A stretch of DNA of 64,000 nucleotides, from assembly GCF_009914755.1 (NCBI RefSeq), contig NC_060926.1. One strand, written 5' to 3'. Origin of the DNA: the human T2T-CHM13v2.0 reference genome, Homo sapiens. A model generated the notes under the pieces. It worked only from the letters and a program-made list of their open reading frames with translations. It had not been told where the DNA came from and made no database searches. Numbering within the stretch: the stretch's first letter is position 1; each line of letters starts with the position of its first letter. The position numbers and the translations under genes were made by a program. Shown here piece after piece: positions 38,915 through 51,792 of the stretch.

Positions 38915-39430
38915 TGGAATCATGAAATAGAGTTGGAAGGCTTCTTTAAGGGTCAAACATCCCAGAATATCCTTTGAGGAAAGGAGTGGCACATCATCCC
39001 CATGTTACACAAACAGTAGACTTTGCCTAGGCCTATGTCCTCAAGATCATCACAATTTGGGTCCATTTTTGCCTTTTCAGTCACCAGTAAAGAAGGAGAA
39101 CAGCTAGCTTCTCTCCTTTGTATATTCATCTTTTATATACTTAGAGATCAGGCCCATCTCTCAGTGTTTAACGAAGACTAAACATGAAAAGGTTCTTTGG
39201 AACTTACTCATCACTTTTATTCCCAGTTAATTAATTATCATGTCGATGACCCCTGAAACTTTTCCAAATTTTTTTCCTCTTCAGTTGTAGGATTATAAGC
39301 GGGCACAAAAGTCTTGAAAGAACTCAGCCGTTACTGAAGAACATATGTTGAAAGTATTTTGTTACATTTCTTAAAGTTTATTGCACATTACCCTTTTTCT
39401 AAAATGAGGATAACACAGTTGACTCATATG
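38915..39430 (-). mobile_element. L3/CR1 LINE 3' fragment
   Basis: 'atagagttggaaggcttctttaagggtc', 'tatacttagagatcaggcccatctctcagtg...gactaaaca' and 'ttttccaaatt...gggcacaaaagtc' follow the antisense CR1 layout. Confidence 0.55.
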
Positions 39431-40029
39431 CTCAAATTGGGTTTGTTATTTCACCCATTACCAGCCATGTTCTGTGAGTAGGCTGATAGTATATATTTTC
39501 CTCCCCATGTCCTCTATTTTCAGTCCTAGCCCCAGTTAAGAAGTTAAATATTTATGTTGGATTTTGACTAATAATCAATCTGATGTCCACAACCACCTCC
39601 TGTCTACATGTCTGTCTACATATGAAAGGTATTAAAATATTACCACTACCTATTGCAAAGATCCCAAAATTATCTAAATTTACTTCAATATTATCTAAAC
39701 TATATTAAAGAGATAATTTTTAGTGGGAAACCACATTTGAGAATCAAATATGCAAGAATTAATTACCCTGTGACTATTGCTTCAAATCAAATTGGAATTA
39801 AACTTTCAAATGGGCTCTACTGCTAGATAAATAATTGTAATAAGTATGCAGAACTAACCTTCTTCAAGACTTGTTGTTTATCATATAACCTCTATCTTTA
39901 AAGCTAAATTAAAAATATCAGGGAATCTAAATGTACCCTTAATGAGGAAATCATTACTATTTACCTTGTTTTTTGTGGGGGGATATTTAATATTTCAATA
40001 ATCCTATCAAATACTATTTTCTAAATAGC

Positions 40030-40609
40030 TGTGTTTGTTAAGAAAGATTTGGCAGCAATTAACACACTACCTCAATGACAGTGGCTTAAACCATAAAAAT
40101 ATGTATTGTTTTCTTAGTTTAAAACCCTCACAATCTCGGCCAGGGAGCTCAGTGATGTCAGCAAGAATCCAGGCTTATTCTTCCTGCTTTACCATGTTTT
40201 CATTTTTTTTGCATCTTCCAAGTTACAGGTGTCTGTCATAGCTCAAGGCAGGTTATAGTCATCTTCAGAGCAGGAAGAAGGGGAAATCTAACATTAGTCT
40301 CAAGACTATCTCTTTCACTGGGAAATAAATTTACTTTTTAGAACCACCTCCACTGAGCAGAATGTCTCTGTGATCACTTGGTTACTCCCACCTGCAAGAA
40401 GTCCAGAAAAATAATTTTCTATCAGATGAGAGTTAAAGTTACCATGATTGGCATAAACAAATCACAGCTCATTTAATGGGTTTGGCAGATTGCCTTATTT
40501 TCTAGAGATCAAAGGCTCTTAGACTACCACTTAAACAAAATGGGCTCCATTAGCAGGAAAAAAACATTTGGGGAGTGGCTTTCGGTAGGCAGCCAAAAGT
40601 GTCTAGCGT
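40030..40609 (-). mobile_element. MLT1K/L-like MaLR LTR
   Basis: 'cagtggcttaaaccataaaaatatgtattg' ... 'gagtggctttcggtaggcagccaaaagtgtct'. Confidence 0.65.
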
Positions 40610-41569
40610 AGTAGCCATTCCCCTTGAGTATTATCGTGTGCTTAGACAGGCACCACAGATCACCAAACATCTTGGGAGAAATATGTTTCAGGAAATAACA
40701 AAAGATAGTTTTACCTAAAAGTATGGAGCCATGTAGAAGAGACAAAACTGTTCTTAGCTGAAGAAAGGCTGAAATGTAGAGATCAAAAGGGCTCACTCTG
40801 TCTTCAGGCCCCACGTCAATGTCTTACCTGAGGTGAGGGTTAATGGAGGACTGGGCTTATGCTGAGAAAGCCCTGGACCTACCGATCTCCCTCTGGCTCC
40901 TCTTTCCCCACAACGACCACACTGTTCCCACAGTTATGCCTGCCCTTACTCGCGCTAACACCTCTCGTCAATCCAACAAGATTGAAACGCGAGCAAGACT
41001 CATCCCAACCCAGCCTCAAAGAGACTCAAACAGCAGGTAGAGATGCCGAGAACACAAAGGACGGTGTTGTCAGCTGTAACAAAGGCATGAATGAATATAT
41101 GAAATGGAGATAATAATAGTAAACTCCTCACAGAGCTGTTGCAAGGATTAAATAAAATAGTTACACATGATAAGAGCTAAATAAATATTGTAGTACTATA
41201 AAAAGGGTGGACTCATATATATGGAATAAAATTAATGGTGAATGGTCACTGCTTAGATACCACTGGTGAAATATTTGAGGTTCAAAGATAAACAATATCA
41301 AAGACTTCCATTAAAAAACAAAATAAATGTTACCTACACAAAAAGAAAAATAAGAATCATTTCTTATTACTCTTCTACCACATTAAATGCTAAAAGATAC
41401 TGTAATATCTACTGCATTTTCAGGGAAAACGTTTAAGAGCCAACCCAATTCTACTCACACAATAAAAACAATAGAAAGACAGTATCAAATACTCAAGGAC
41501 TCAGATTAAAACCCACATAGTCTTCATGAAAAAAAAATTGTTCAAAACATACTTTAACTAAGAATAGCA

Positions 41570-41880
41570 GTCAGTGTCATCCTTTTAAAAACTAGGTCAA
41601 ATCATGTAATTCTTTCTGCTCAGAACTGTCCAATCATCCCCATTCACCTAACAGGGGTCAACACAACAAGGACCAAAAAAATCTGGCTCCTATGACTTCT
41701 CTTACCTCATATCCAACTCCCCTCACCCTTGGCCATTCAGCTGCAGTCACAGTGACTTGAAAAGCTGGAGACATTCTCACCTCTGGGCTCTGAAGAAACA
41801 GTCCTTTCTTTCCCTCCTGTTATCTGAAAGACACTCTCTCATCTTCTTGCTCAAACATCTGTTCTTTCTGTGGACTCCTT
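41570..41880 (+). mobile_element. L2 fragment
   Basis: 'ccttttaaaaactaggtcaaatcatgtaattctttctgctcagaactgtccaat'. Confidence 0.6.
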
Positions 41881-41899
41881 GACCAATTGTTTATTTGAA

Positions 41900-43130
41900 T
41901 ATCCTCATCCCCAGTTCTATTTTCTCTCTTCTGGGCATTTCCAATATGTGCTAGGATGTGAGTTCTCTGGGTTTTCCCTATCTAATAACTTGTTTCATCT
42001 TTTTTCCCTTTGCTGTGTGGTCTGGTCATTTTGCTCAATTTTATTTCCAATGTGCTAATTCTTTTTTTAATAGCTCTGGATTATTTTTAAATTATTTGCT
42101 GTGTAATTTTTATTTTAAAGAACTCTTCTTGGTCTATAATTACTCCTATTCTCCAATAACTTGTTCTTGACTTATGGATGATATATGTTCTCAAATATCT
42201 CGAAGGACACATTCAAATTTTAAAATTCTCTACTTTTTTTTATATCATTTCTATGTCTAAGATCTGCTAATCTGTTTGTCCACCTTGGTCTTTCTCTTAC
42301 AGACTATTAGTATTCTTCAAATGCCTAGTTATTCTTGGTTATACATTCATATTTATTAACATAATTTTATATTACTCAGCATAAATTGCTATCATACTTT
42401 TTTTAGTAGTGTAAGTCTGTGTACCTGAATAGGAAGAGCTCATTGAGAGTTCCATGAAAGTTGATGGATTCTGTTGAAAATCAAGCTTTCCTTTATAGTG
42501 TATAAACTTGGAGTAGGGAAGATAGCTCAATAACTTCAAAAATGTCAAAATAAAATATGTTACTTGGCAGTAGAATAATTCTCCAAAATATTGTTCTGTT
42601 AGGTACCAGTTCTTCCCAGAACATTGTGGAAATATGGTTTCCTTTTAGGTTCTTCTTTACTTCATTCAACTCACTATACACTTTATGATTAACTCCTCTC
42701 CATGTCTATTAGTCACTCATTATAGAAGGTAATCATTGGGCTTCCATCTGTGAACTAATATTGTAGAATTCTGCTCAAACATATGTGGGAGAACGAGGAG
42801 CCACCTTAGACCACATATATTTCTGTGACTCTACTCAAGTCTACTCTTTTTTGGCCTTCCAGCTCCAAATTTATAATTTCTCTGAGGCTCAGCCAGGAAG
42901 AGCTTCTTCCTAATGTGTAGCTTCTTACTCCTATACCATTTCCAAACTATAACTTTTTTTTCACACATCTACTTTATCTATCAGTATATCCCTTCCCACT
43001 TTCGGAGTTCTACAAGTTTGTCCCATCTCTGGTTTGCCGGAGGAATCCTCTCTTGTTTACAGAATTCCCAAGGACTCACTCTGTTTTATATCTTTACTGC
43101 CATTCAACGGCAGTGGACAAACAGATTAGC
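41900..43130 (-). mobile_element. Ancient L1ME/HAL1-like fragment
   Basis: T-rich antisense ORF1-like text such as 'ttgttcttgacttatggatgatatatgttctcaaatatctcgaagg'. Confidence 0.45.
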
Positions 43131-44667
43131 AGATCTCAGACATAGAAATGATATCTGGACTAAAGTTTCATGACAAAGATGCCTATAAACCACCAAAGAA
43201 AAGGATGATCCTGATTCCAAACCAATTATTTAAACATGACATAAATTTTATGGAAAATAATCTATAAAATTTCATGGCCGAGACTTCTCTCAGTCTTATT
43301 TCAATACATGTCCTTATTCTGACTTTTCTGCCTTTGCTGATTTTCTTGATTTTACCCTTTGATTTGTTCTTTATTCTTTCCATTCCACCTCTCCTGCAAA
43401 GTCCTGTAAGAAAATAATTCAAGATGATACAGAAAGGAACATCTTCATTTCATTATGCTTTTCCTCCCTTAATAATCATCATGACTAGAGAATGACAGAT
43501 GCAATTGGCCCAGGAGTCTGATACTAAAGCTGAGTTTTTGAGAACAAAAGTTAAAACATCAAAGCCAGTAGGACAAATGAGGAAGGCATAAATACGTGCA
43601 TTTTCTAATTTAAAATGAATAAATAAAAATATTTTTCATTTTAAATTGATGAATCAAATAAAATTAGAATAAGAGAAAGTAGAATGTAATAGGATTATCC
43701 AGTTTGATGCAAATGTTAATTCATTAAATATCATTGTCTTTGTACTTGCCTTAGTAACTACTGAAACGTACTTATATTGATGATGGCTGTCACTTAAGGT
43801 CTCGTTTTATTAGATGGTGAAAAACCTCCTTTAGGAGGCTTTATAATTAGCATAGACGATCATCATCTGTTTTGGATGATTTTGGAGACAGAATTTTTAG
43901 GCCCCTTCCAGCTCTGATCCTGTGTCTGGGTCTAAACAAAATGAATCATTTCCAAACAATGTTCTCAAATGCACACATCAGCACTTCCTGGTGCTGCCTT
44001 GTCTGAGAGGCTCAACTACAAGCACAGACTTGTAAACAACCCTTTACTTCCCCTTATCCTACCACTTATCCCAAAACACATTTCTTGTTGTTTTCACAGT
44101 GTGCCCTGTTTCCACCTTCTCACACCTGCTTCTCTGCTCTGTCCTCACCCCGTCCACACACTGTACTCAAATACATATACCTACTGATTCTTTCCAGCTC
44201 ATCAACTAATCCCTCATTTCCCTCCAAGTCAGACTGCCCAGCTGCAAGAGCATCATTAAATTATAGTTTATATGCTCTCCTTCTTGCTGTAATATGAAGT
44301 AAATAATTGTTCCAAAAAGTGTTTTTCTCTGGAAAAGTTTTCTCCTTTCAGAGACCCAAGTTTTTATAAAAATTTAAGGTAATTAAAAGTTTTGGACTTG
44401 GTAGAGAGAGACACTTGCTCACATTTGCACACAATGACCCACCATTAAGTAAAATTATTAAGTACAACACAATCCATCTTTAGTTATAAATTATACGGTT
44501 ACTCAATCTCAGATATATATATACATATATATGCACATGCACATATAATTGCAAATATTTCTCAATAAAATTAATATGTCTAATAAAATACTTTAGAGTT
44601 AATATAGGTTTCTGAATCCTATCTTTCCATTGATTTTTATTATAAAATTACCAGGAAAAATGGAAAT

Positions 44668-44925
44668 AATAATAGCAATATTTAATGTTTTTTGAACTCT
44701 TACCATGTTCCAGGCACTATTATCAACACTTCAAATGGAATAATCTATTTAATCCTCATAACATCCCTATGGTCTGGGTGTTACTTCTTCCCATATTTTA
44801 TGGATAATGAAATGAGATGCAGAGATTTTACATATTCTACCCAAGATCACTGCTACTAAATGACATAGTGAGGATTCAAATCTGTAGTCTAGTTGTAAAA
44901 TTCATGGTCTTAACCAACACAATTT
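44668..44925 (-). mobile_element. MIR SINE
   Basis: 'ttaccatgttccaggcact...tttaatcctcataacatccctatgg...cccaagatcac...ggattcaaatc'. Confidence 0.85.
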
Positions 44926-45266
44926 AATGCATCATGATATAATGAAATAGTGCTAAATACAAATAAGGCCTAAAAACTATCAAATGGAAAATTCAATAGA
45001 GTACCAATGATGTCATTGAACGTTTTAATAGTAACGTAGTTATATGCTGCACGATTTCATCAAAATAAGTTAAAATACATCTTTGCTTGCAAGAAAAAAA
45101 TGTCTTCTTATGTTAAAATTATGCATATGCTATGAAGTGAGTCTTTGTATACCCCCAAAATTTATATGTTGAAATCCTAATCCCCAAGGTAATGGCATTA
45201 GGAGGTGGGGCTGCTGGGAGGTGACTGGTTCATGAGGGTGGACCCCTCATCAATGAGATAAGAGCC

Positions 45267-45304
45267 TGTATTAGTCAGGCTTCTCCAGAGGGACAGAACT
45301 AATG

Positions 45305-45358
<54 letters not shown>

Positions 45359-45790
45359 GATTATGTATATATACATAATTATATATGTGTGTGTATATAC
45401 ATGTCAATATATAGATGAGTTTGTTAAGTATTAACTCACACGATCACAAGGTCCCACAGTAGGCCATCTACAGGCCGAGGAGCAAGGAGAACCAATCCAA
45501 GTTCCAAAACTGAAGAACTTGGAGTCTGACGTTCGAGGGCAGGAAGCACCCAACATGGGAGAAAGATGTAGGCTGAAAGGCTAGGACAGGCTTCTTTTCA
45601 CATTTTGCTGCCTGCTTATATTCTAGCTGCGCTAGCAGATGATTAGATTGTGCCCACCCAGATTAAGGGTGAGTTTGTCTGTGCCATCCCACTAACTCAA
45701 ATATTAATCTCCTTTGGCAGCACCCTCACAGACACACCAAGGATCAATACTTTGTATCCTTCAAGTGGACACACAGTATTAACCATCACA
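45267..45790 (-). repeat. HERV-L 3' LTR (MLT2A1-like) containing an expanded (TA)n at ~45308-45410
   Basis: 'tgtattagtcaggcttctccagagggacagaactaatgg' ... 'cagtattaaccatcaca'. Confidence 0.92.
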
Positions 45791-46299
45791 AGTCCACCCC
45801 TTGTCAACTTGATCCTATATACGTCTCCTGAGATCATACATAATCTTCAAAAAAAGACAATGATAAGGTCATAATCACATCTAACATAATACAACTTTCC
45901 TTTGTACAACCAGAAATGCACCAATCCCCAACCCCAATACTATTACAAAAAGTTAACAATACTTAAATGCTGATGTGAAGTCAATAAATCTTATGTCACA
46001 TGATAAAGAAGAGAGGAAATAAAATGAAGATATTTTCTTAGTACAAGTGTATACATGCACAAACATGTTTTTAACAAAAGAAGAAAGAAATACTCAGGAC
46101 CCAATTACAGTCCTCATTTCTGTGGCTGGTCACGTGGTTGTAGCTGTTATTTATGACTACCTTATTCTACTCCCCATTCTGTATTCCCTTTGCCTTCAGC
46201 AAGCACCTCAGCAGGTAGTGGGGTTTTTTCCTGGTGGAGTGACCCAAAACTTCATTCCAGAAGTCATCTGTAGTCAGTCCAGAAGTCATTCCAGAAGGG

Positions 46300-46640
46300 A
46301 GGTCATTTGTAGTCCTCCCTGGATTGGGCTGTTGTAGTTTCCCATTGATCTTAATCACAGGACATGGTAATACTAAGAGACATCCTAATGGATCTGCTGT
46401 ATTCCATGCATTCTCTTCCTTACCTTTGTTGTGGAGTAGTAGACTGATTTCATCTTAATAGTCTGGGTCAATCACCCCAGCCAACACTGTAACTCTCTTC
46501 TTAGCCTGTTGACTTAAAGGTAGGAGAAGGCCAAAGTATCCAGGTGGCAATCTCAACTTTCAGTTTGATAGAATCCTTGTTGTATCTCCTGGTGGCAGCA
46601 TTCCTCCCTATGGAACTAAGACCTCTAGGTCAGCAGAATG
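46300..46640 (-). pseudogene. HERV-L dUTPase remnant
   Basis: My minus-strand translation gives 'LPPGDTTRI...KLRLPPGYFGLLLPLSQQAKKRVTVLAGVIDPDY*' downstream of integrase, the characteristic ERV-L position. Confidence 0.8.
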
Positions 46641-49560
46641 TAATGTCATGGGAACAGGAAGCAAAAATTTTGCTGGTGGATCACTAGGGGTGATGGTGAG
46701 TGGTGCCACTTCCACTTCCACCCCTTGCTTCCTGGACCTATGAATCCTGGCTATGGGAGAAACAGTACCATATATTAGATGCTGATTCAGAACAAACACA
46801 GCCTTCTGGAGAACTTTGCTCCAGCCCTGCAAAGTACTGTCACCTAGTTGGTGGTGTAATTTTGATTTCAAAATGGCATTCCACCATTCTATCATTCCAG
46901 TTGCTTCAGGATGATGGGGAACATGGTAAGACCAGTGAATTCCATGAGTTTGAGCCCACTGCCCTCCTTCTTTAGCCACAGAGTGAATGTCTTGGTCGGA
47001 GGCAATGCTGTGTGGAATACCATGACGGTGGATAAGGAATTCCATGGTTCATGGACGGCAGTCTTGGCAGATGCATTGTGTGCAGGATAGGCAAACCCAT
47101 ATCCAGAGTAAGTGTGTATTCCAGTGAGGACAAACCTCTGCCCTTTCCATGATGGAAGAGGTCCAATATAATAAACCTGCCACCAGGTAGCTGGCTGATC
47201 ACCCCAAGGAATGGTGCCATATTGAGGGCTCAGTCTTGGTCTTTGCTGCTGGCAAATTGGGCACTCAGCAGTGGCTGTAGCCTGGTCAGCCTTGGTGAGT
47301 GGAAGTCCATGTTGCTGAGCCCATGCATAACCTCCATCCCTGCTACCATGGACACTTTGTTCATGGGCCCATTGGGCAATGATGGTGGTGGCTGGGGAAA
47401 GAGGCTGAGTGGTGTCCACAGAAAGGGTCATCCTATCCACTTGATTATTAAAATCTTCCTCTTCTGAGGTCACCCTTTGGTGAGCACTCACATGGGATAC
47501 AAATATCTTTACAGTTTTTAACCACTCAGAGAGGTCCATCCACATACCTCTTCCCCAAATTTCTTTGTCCATGCTTCTTCCATGTCCCTGACTATACACC
47601 CAAACCATTGGCTACAGCCCATTAATCAGTATATAATAACATATCTGGCCACTTCTCCTTCTATGCAAAGTGCACAACCAGGTTCACTCCTTGAAGTTCT
47701 GCCCACTGGGAAGATTTTCCTTCACCGCTGTCCTTCAGAGATGTCCTAGAAAGGGGCTGTAATGCTGCAGCTGTCCACTTTTGGGTTAAGCCTGCATATC
47801 ATAGAGAACCCTCTGTGAACCATACTCTAGCCTTCTCTTCCGCTGTCAACTGATCATAGGGAACTTGCCATGAGGCCACCAGTGCAGGCAGTGGGAGAGA
47901 AGGCAGGGTGACAGGAGTGGAGACCATGGGCATTTGAGCCACCTCCTCATGTAACTTACTTGTTCCTTCAGGACCTGCTCGAGCCCAGTCACATACGCAC
48001 CACTTCCATTTGATGATGGACTGCCTCTGTGCATGACCCACTTTATGGCTAGATGGGTAGGAAAGCATCCAGTTCGTGATAGGCAGTTCAGGTCACATGG
48101 TGACTTGATGACCCAATCAAACATTCAGTTTCCACCAAAGCCCAGTAACAGGCCAAGAGATGTCTCTCAAAAGGAAGCTAGTTATCTGCAGAAGATGGCA
48201 GGGCCTTGCTCCAAAATCCTGGCAGCCTCTGCTGTGATTTACTTATGGGGGCCTGCCAGGGGCTGCAAACAGCATCTCCGTCTGCCGCTGACACCTCAAG
48301 CACCATTGGATCTGCTAAGTTATAACGCCCAAGTGGCAGAGCAGATTGCACAGCAGCCTGGACCTGTTGCAGAGCCTTTTCCTCTTCTGGACACCACTCA
48401 AAGCTAGCAACCTTTCAGGTCACCTGATAAATTGGCCAGAGTAACACACTGAAATGAGGAATGTGTTGCCTCCAAAATCCAAATAGGCCTACAAAGTGTT
48501 GTGTCTCTTTCTTAGTTTTAGGAGGGGCCAAATGCAGCAACATACCCTTTACCTTACAGGATATATCTCAATGGGCCCCACACCATTGGACCTCCATAAA
48601 TTTTACTGAGATAGAAGGTCCCTGAATTTTAGTCAAATTTATTTCCCATCCTCTGGTATGCAAAAGTGTCACCAATAAGTCCAGTATGTTTGCTACTTCT
48701 TGCTCACTGGATCCAATCAGCATAATGTCATCAATATAATGGACCAGTGTGATATCTTGCAGAAGCGAAAAGCAATCAAATTCTCTCCAAATAAGATTAT
48801 GACACAAAGCTGGAAAGTTGATATACCCCTGAGGTTGGACAGTAAAGGTATATTGCCGGCCTTGCCAGCTGAAGGCAAATTGCTTCTGGTGGGCCTTATG
48901 GACAGAAATGGAGAAAAATGCATTTGCCAAGTCAATGGCTGCCTACCAGGTACAAGGAAATGTGTTAATTTGCTCAAGCAATGAAACCACATCTGATACA
49001 GCATCACTTGGTTAAGCTTACGATAATCCACTGTCAGTCTCCAAGATACATCTGTCTTCCGCACAGGCCAAATGGGAGAGTTAAACTGAGATGTGGTGGG
49101 AATCACCACCTATGTGTCTTTCGAGTCCTTGATGGTGGCACTAATCCCCACAATCCCTTCAGGAATGCAATATTGTTTTGGATTTACTCATTTTTTTAGG
49201 TAGAGGCAGCTCTAATGGCTTCCATTTGGCCTTTCCCACCACAATAGCCCTCACCCTACCAGTCATGGAGCCAATGTGGGGATTCTGCCAGCTGCTAAGT
49301 ATGTCTATGCCAATTATGCATTCTGGCACTGGGGAAATGACCACAGGATGAGTCCGGGGACCCAATGGGCCCACTGTAAGTGAGACCTGAGCTAAAACTC
49401 CATTAATTACCTGACCTCCATAACCCCCTACTTTAACTGGAGGACCACAATGACGTTTTGGGTCCCCTGGAATCTAAGTCAGCTCAGAGCCAGTATCCAG
49501 TAGTCTCTGAAATGTCTGATCATTTCCCTTTCCCCACTGCACAGTTACCCTGGTAAAAGG
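46640..49560 (-). pseudogene. HERV-L pro-pol remnant (protease, RT, RNase H, integrase)
   Basis: Protease LLDTGSELT (~49478-49504); RT 'YTFTVQPQGY...HYIDDIML'; 'WFTEGS' at the RNase H start; integrase HHCC 'HEQSVH...CPIC'; core 'WQVYYIGP' (catalytic D replaced by Y), 'IASDQD', 'IEWWN'. Multiple frameshifts. Confidence 0.93.
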
Positions 49561-49599
49561 CAGGACGTCTCCATGGGGAAGGATGGGAGAAAGATTAAC

Positions 49600-51387
49600 A
49601 GTATACATTGCTGGTAATGTAGTGGGGTCCTTTCTCAAGGGTACCCGGCCTCCCCTTCATTCAAGGGGTTCTTGGTCTGTAAGCTGGCTCAAGTCTGGAA
49701 ATTGATTGAAGGGCCATGATTCTCTGTTTTTATAATTCAAATTAGTCTTTTGTCCATTCAACCTAGAAGTGTTCTGCTTTTATAAATTAAGTAGGAATGC
49801 AGCAGCCTTCCTATCAATTTCACTTCTAGGAACACCATGGTCAATTAGCCAATGCCAGAGCTCTACATAGTCAGACTGTTCTGATTGCCGCTTTGTCTCT
49901 GCTGTTCATTACTGTAATTACACCCACCTTGCCTTTGACTGTTGAGTGCTGCCACTTGGCCTCTGCCTCCTTGGAATCTAGTTATTCCCACCGTATTTAA
50001 ATTTTGTAATTGAGTGACTGCAGTTCCCTCCATTAGATCTGACCTACAGAGAAGAGCAATCACAGGGCTCTTCAAAGATGCAGGTGCTGTCCTCACAAAT
50101 CTATTTCGCAAGGCATTGGTCAAGAGTATATCTTCTGGACCCTTCCAGCTGTGATGAGTAGGTCTAAAGTGACTAATCCACTACAACATACCAATCTCCC
50201 TAAGCCTTTTGATCTCTTCCTCTACATTAAACCAAGGGATATCAGGCATTTCCAGCTTACTCACAGTGCGCCATCTTTTAATCCATATTTCAGCTAACCA
50301 AGAAAATAAACTATTAGAACCTTTTTTAATTCCTTGAGCTAAAACATTAAATGCAGAGTCCTTACTTAGTGGACCCAAATCAATAAATTCAACCTGATCC
50401 AACTGGATGTTCCTTCCACCATTATCCCATACCCATAATATCCATTCCAATGCCTGTTCTCCAGATTTCTCTTCATACAAATTAGAAAACTCAAGCAGTT
50501 CTTTCACAGTGTAGCCCACCACCTCATGGATCACATTCTCAACCTCACCTCTAGGGGCCTGCTGAGACTTTTAATCTAGTTATAGGTCTAGAAGCAAACA
50601 GGGATGTTGGGGGTGGCTTCTGAAGAGAATCAACAAAATCTTGCCTGGCAACTCCCTCAGGGGAGGCCATCACTGTTGCCTCAGGCAGCACAGGGTTTAT
50701 CTCCTCAGACAAAGGTGGAAAGGCTGATGGCAACATCAGTTGGGGAGAGGATGTTGCCACTGCTGGGGATGGTGAAGCTGTCTTGTCTGGCAAAAAGGTT
50801 CATCAGAGTTTACAAACTCAATGTCCCCAGATTCATCAGGGTCCCCCCACACATCCCCATTCCAAGTTTCAGGGTTCCCTTCTTTTCCAATCAATACCCT
50901 CACTTTAACAGTCGACATCTGGCAAGGCTGTGCATGCATTTTTAGTTGCAGGTCAGCCACTCGCAAGATAAGAGCTCATATCTGTTTCTCCACAATTTCA
51001 GCTCTTTCTCTACTGGAGATAAGACTCTCACTCAGGGCAATCTTAACAGACTTAAGGCTCAGTATGTGCTTCTGAACCCTGAGTTCATCATTTTCTTTCA
51101 TCACTTTGTCCACTGAACTTAGGAACAGCCATCTTTCTTCATTATGTTTCTTGGTTCTCCACATATGGCCAAAGGTATTATGTATACAGTTACTAAACTC
51201 CTTGCCTCTCACGACTGATCAATCAGGATTTTTAAATGCATTTATTTTGCATAAATCTCTAAATAGTTCATTCCAAGGACTATCAGTGTTCTCCATACTA
51301 TTAGAAGCAGAATCCTTAGCATTTTGGGTCTGATCAGATTTTAGCAGCCAACTCCAGAAACCCCCAAAACCAATGAAAGAACTCCAT
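49600..51387 (-). pseudogene. HERV-L gag remnant
   Basis: Peptides 'YTVKELLEFSNLYEEKSGEQALEWILWVWDNGGRNIQLDQVEFIDLGPLSKDSAFN' and 'KVRVLIGKEGNPETWNGDVW'. Confidence 0.88.
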
Positions 51388-51391
51388 TCTT

Positions 51392-51792
51392 AATATATAT
51401 ATAAAAGGGAGTTTATTAAGTATTAACTCACGTGATCCCAAGGTCCCACAATAGACTGTCTGCAGAAGGAGGAGCAAGGAGAGCCAGTCTGAGTTCCAAA
51501 ACTGAAGAACTTGGAGCTCGATGTTCTATGGCAGGAAGCATACAGCAGGGGGGAAAGATGCAGGCTGGGAGGCTAGGCCAGTCTGTCTTTTCACATTTTT
51601 CTGCCTGCTTATATTCTAGCTGGGCTGGCAACTGATTAGATTGTGCCCACCCAGATTAAGGGTGGGTCTACATTTCACAGCCCACTAACTCAAATATTAA
51701 TCTCCTTTGGCAACACCCTGACAGATGCACACAGGATTAATGTTTTGTATCCTTCAATCCAATCAAGTTGACACTCATTATTAACCATCACA
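51392..51792 (-). repeat. HERV-L 5' LTR (MLT2A1-like) with the U5 end and PBS deleted
   Basis: Matches the 3' LTR from 'gagtttattaagtattaactcac' to 'ttaaccatcaca' but lacks the 'tgtattagtc...gaactaat' terminus. Confidence 0.9.

Larger units (their letters stand above)
45267..51792 (-). mobile_element. Near full-length HERV-L provirus with two MLT2A1-type LTRs, inactivated
   Basis: Two similar LTRs in the same orientation; 5-bp TSD GAGCC (45262-45266 and 51793-51797); polypurine tract (minus 'aggggtggact') at 45791-45801; gag/pro/pol/dut remnants; no env. Confidence 0.96.

Noticed and set aside
46892-47608. 238-aa ORF with RNase H and integrase zinc-finger motifs, considered as a domesticated gene
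   Set aside because: Part of the decayed HERV-L pol; the first catalytic Asp is replaced (WQVY) and the frame shifts mid-core.
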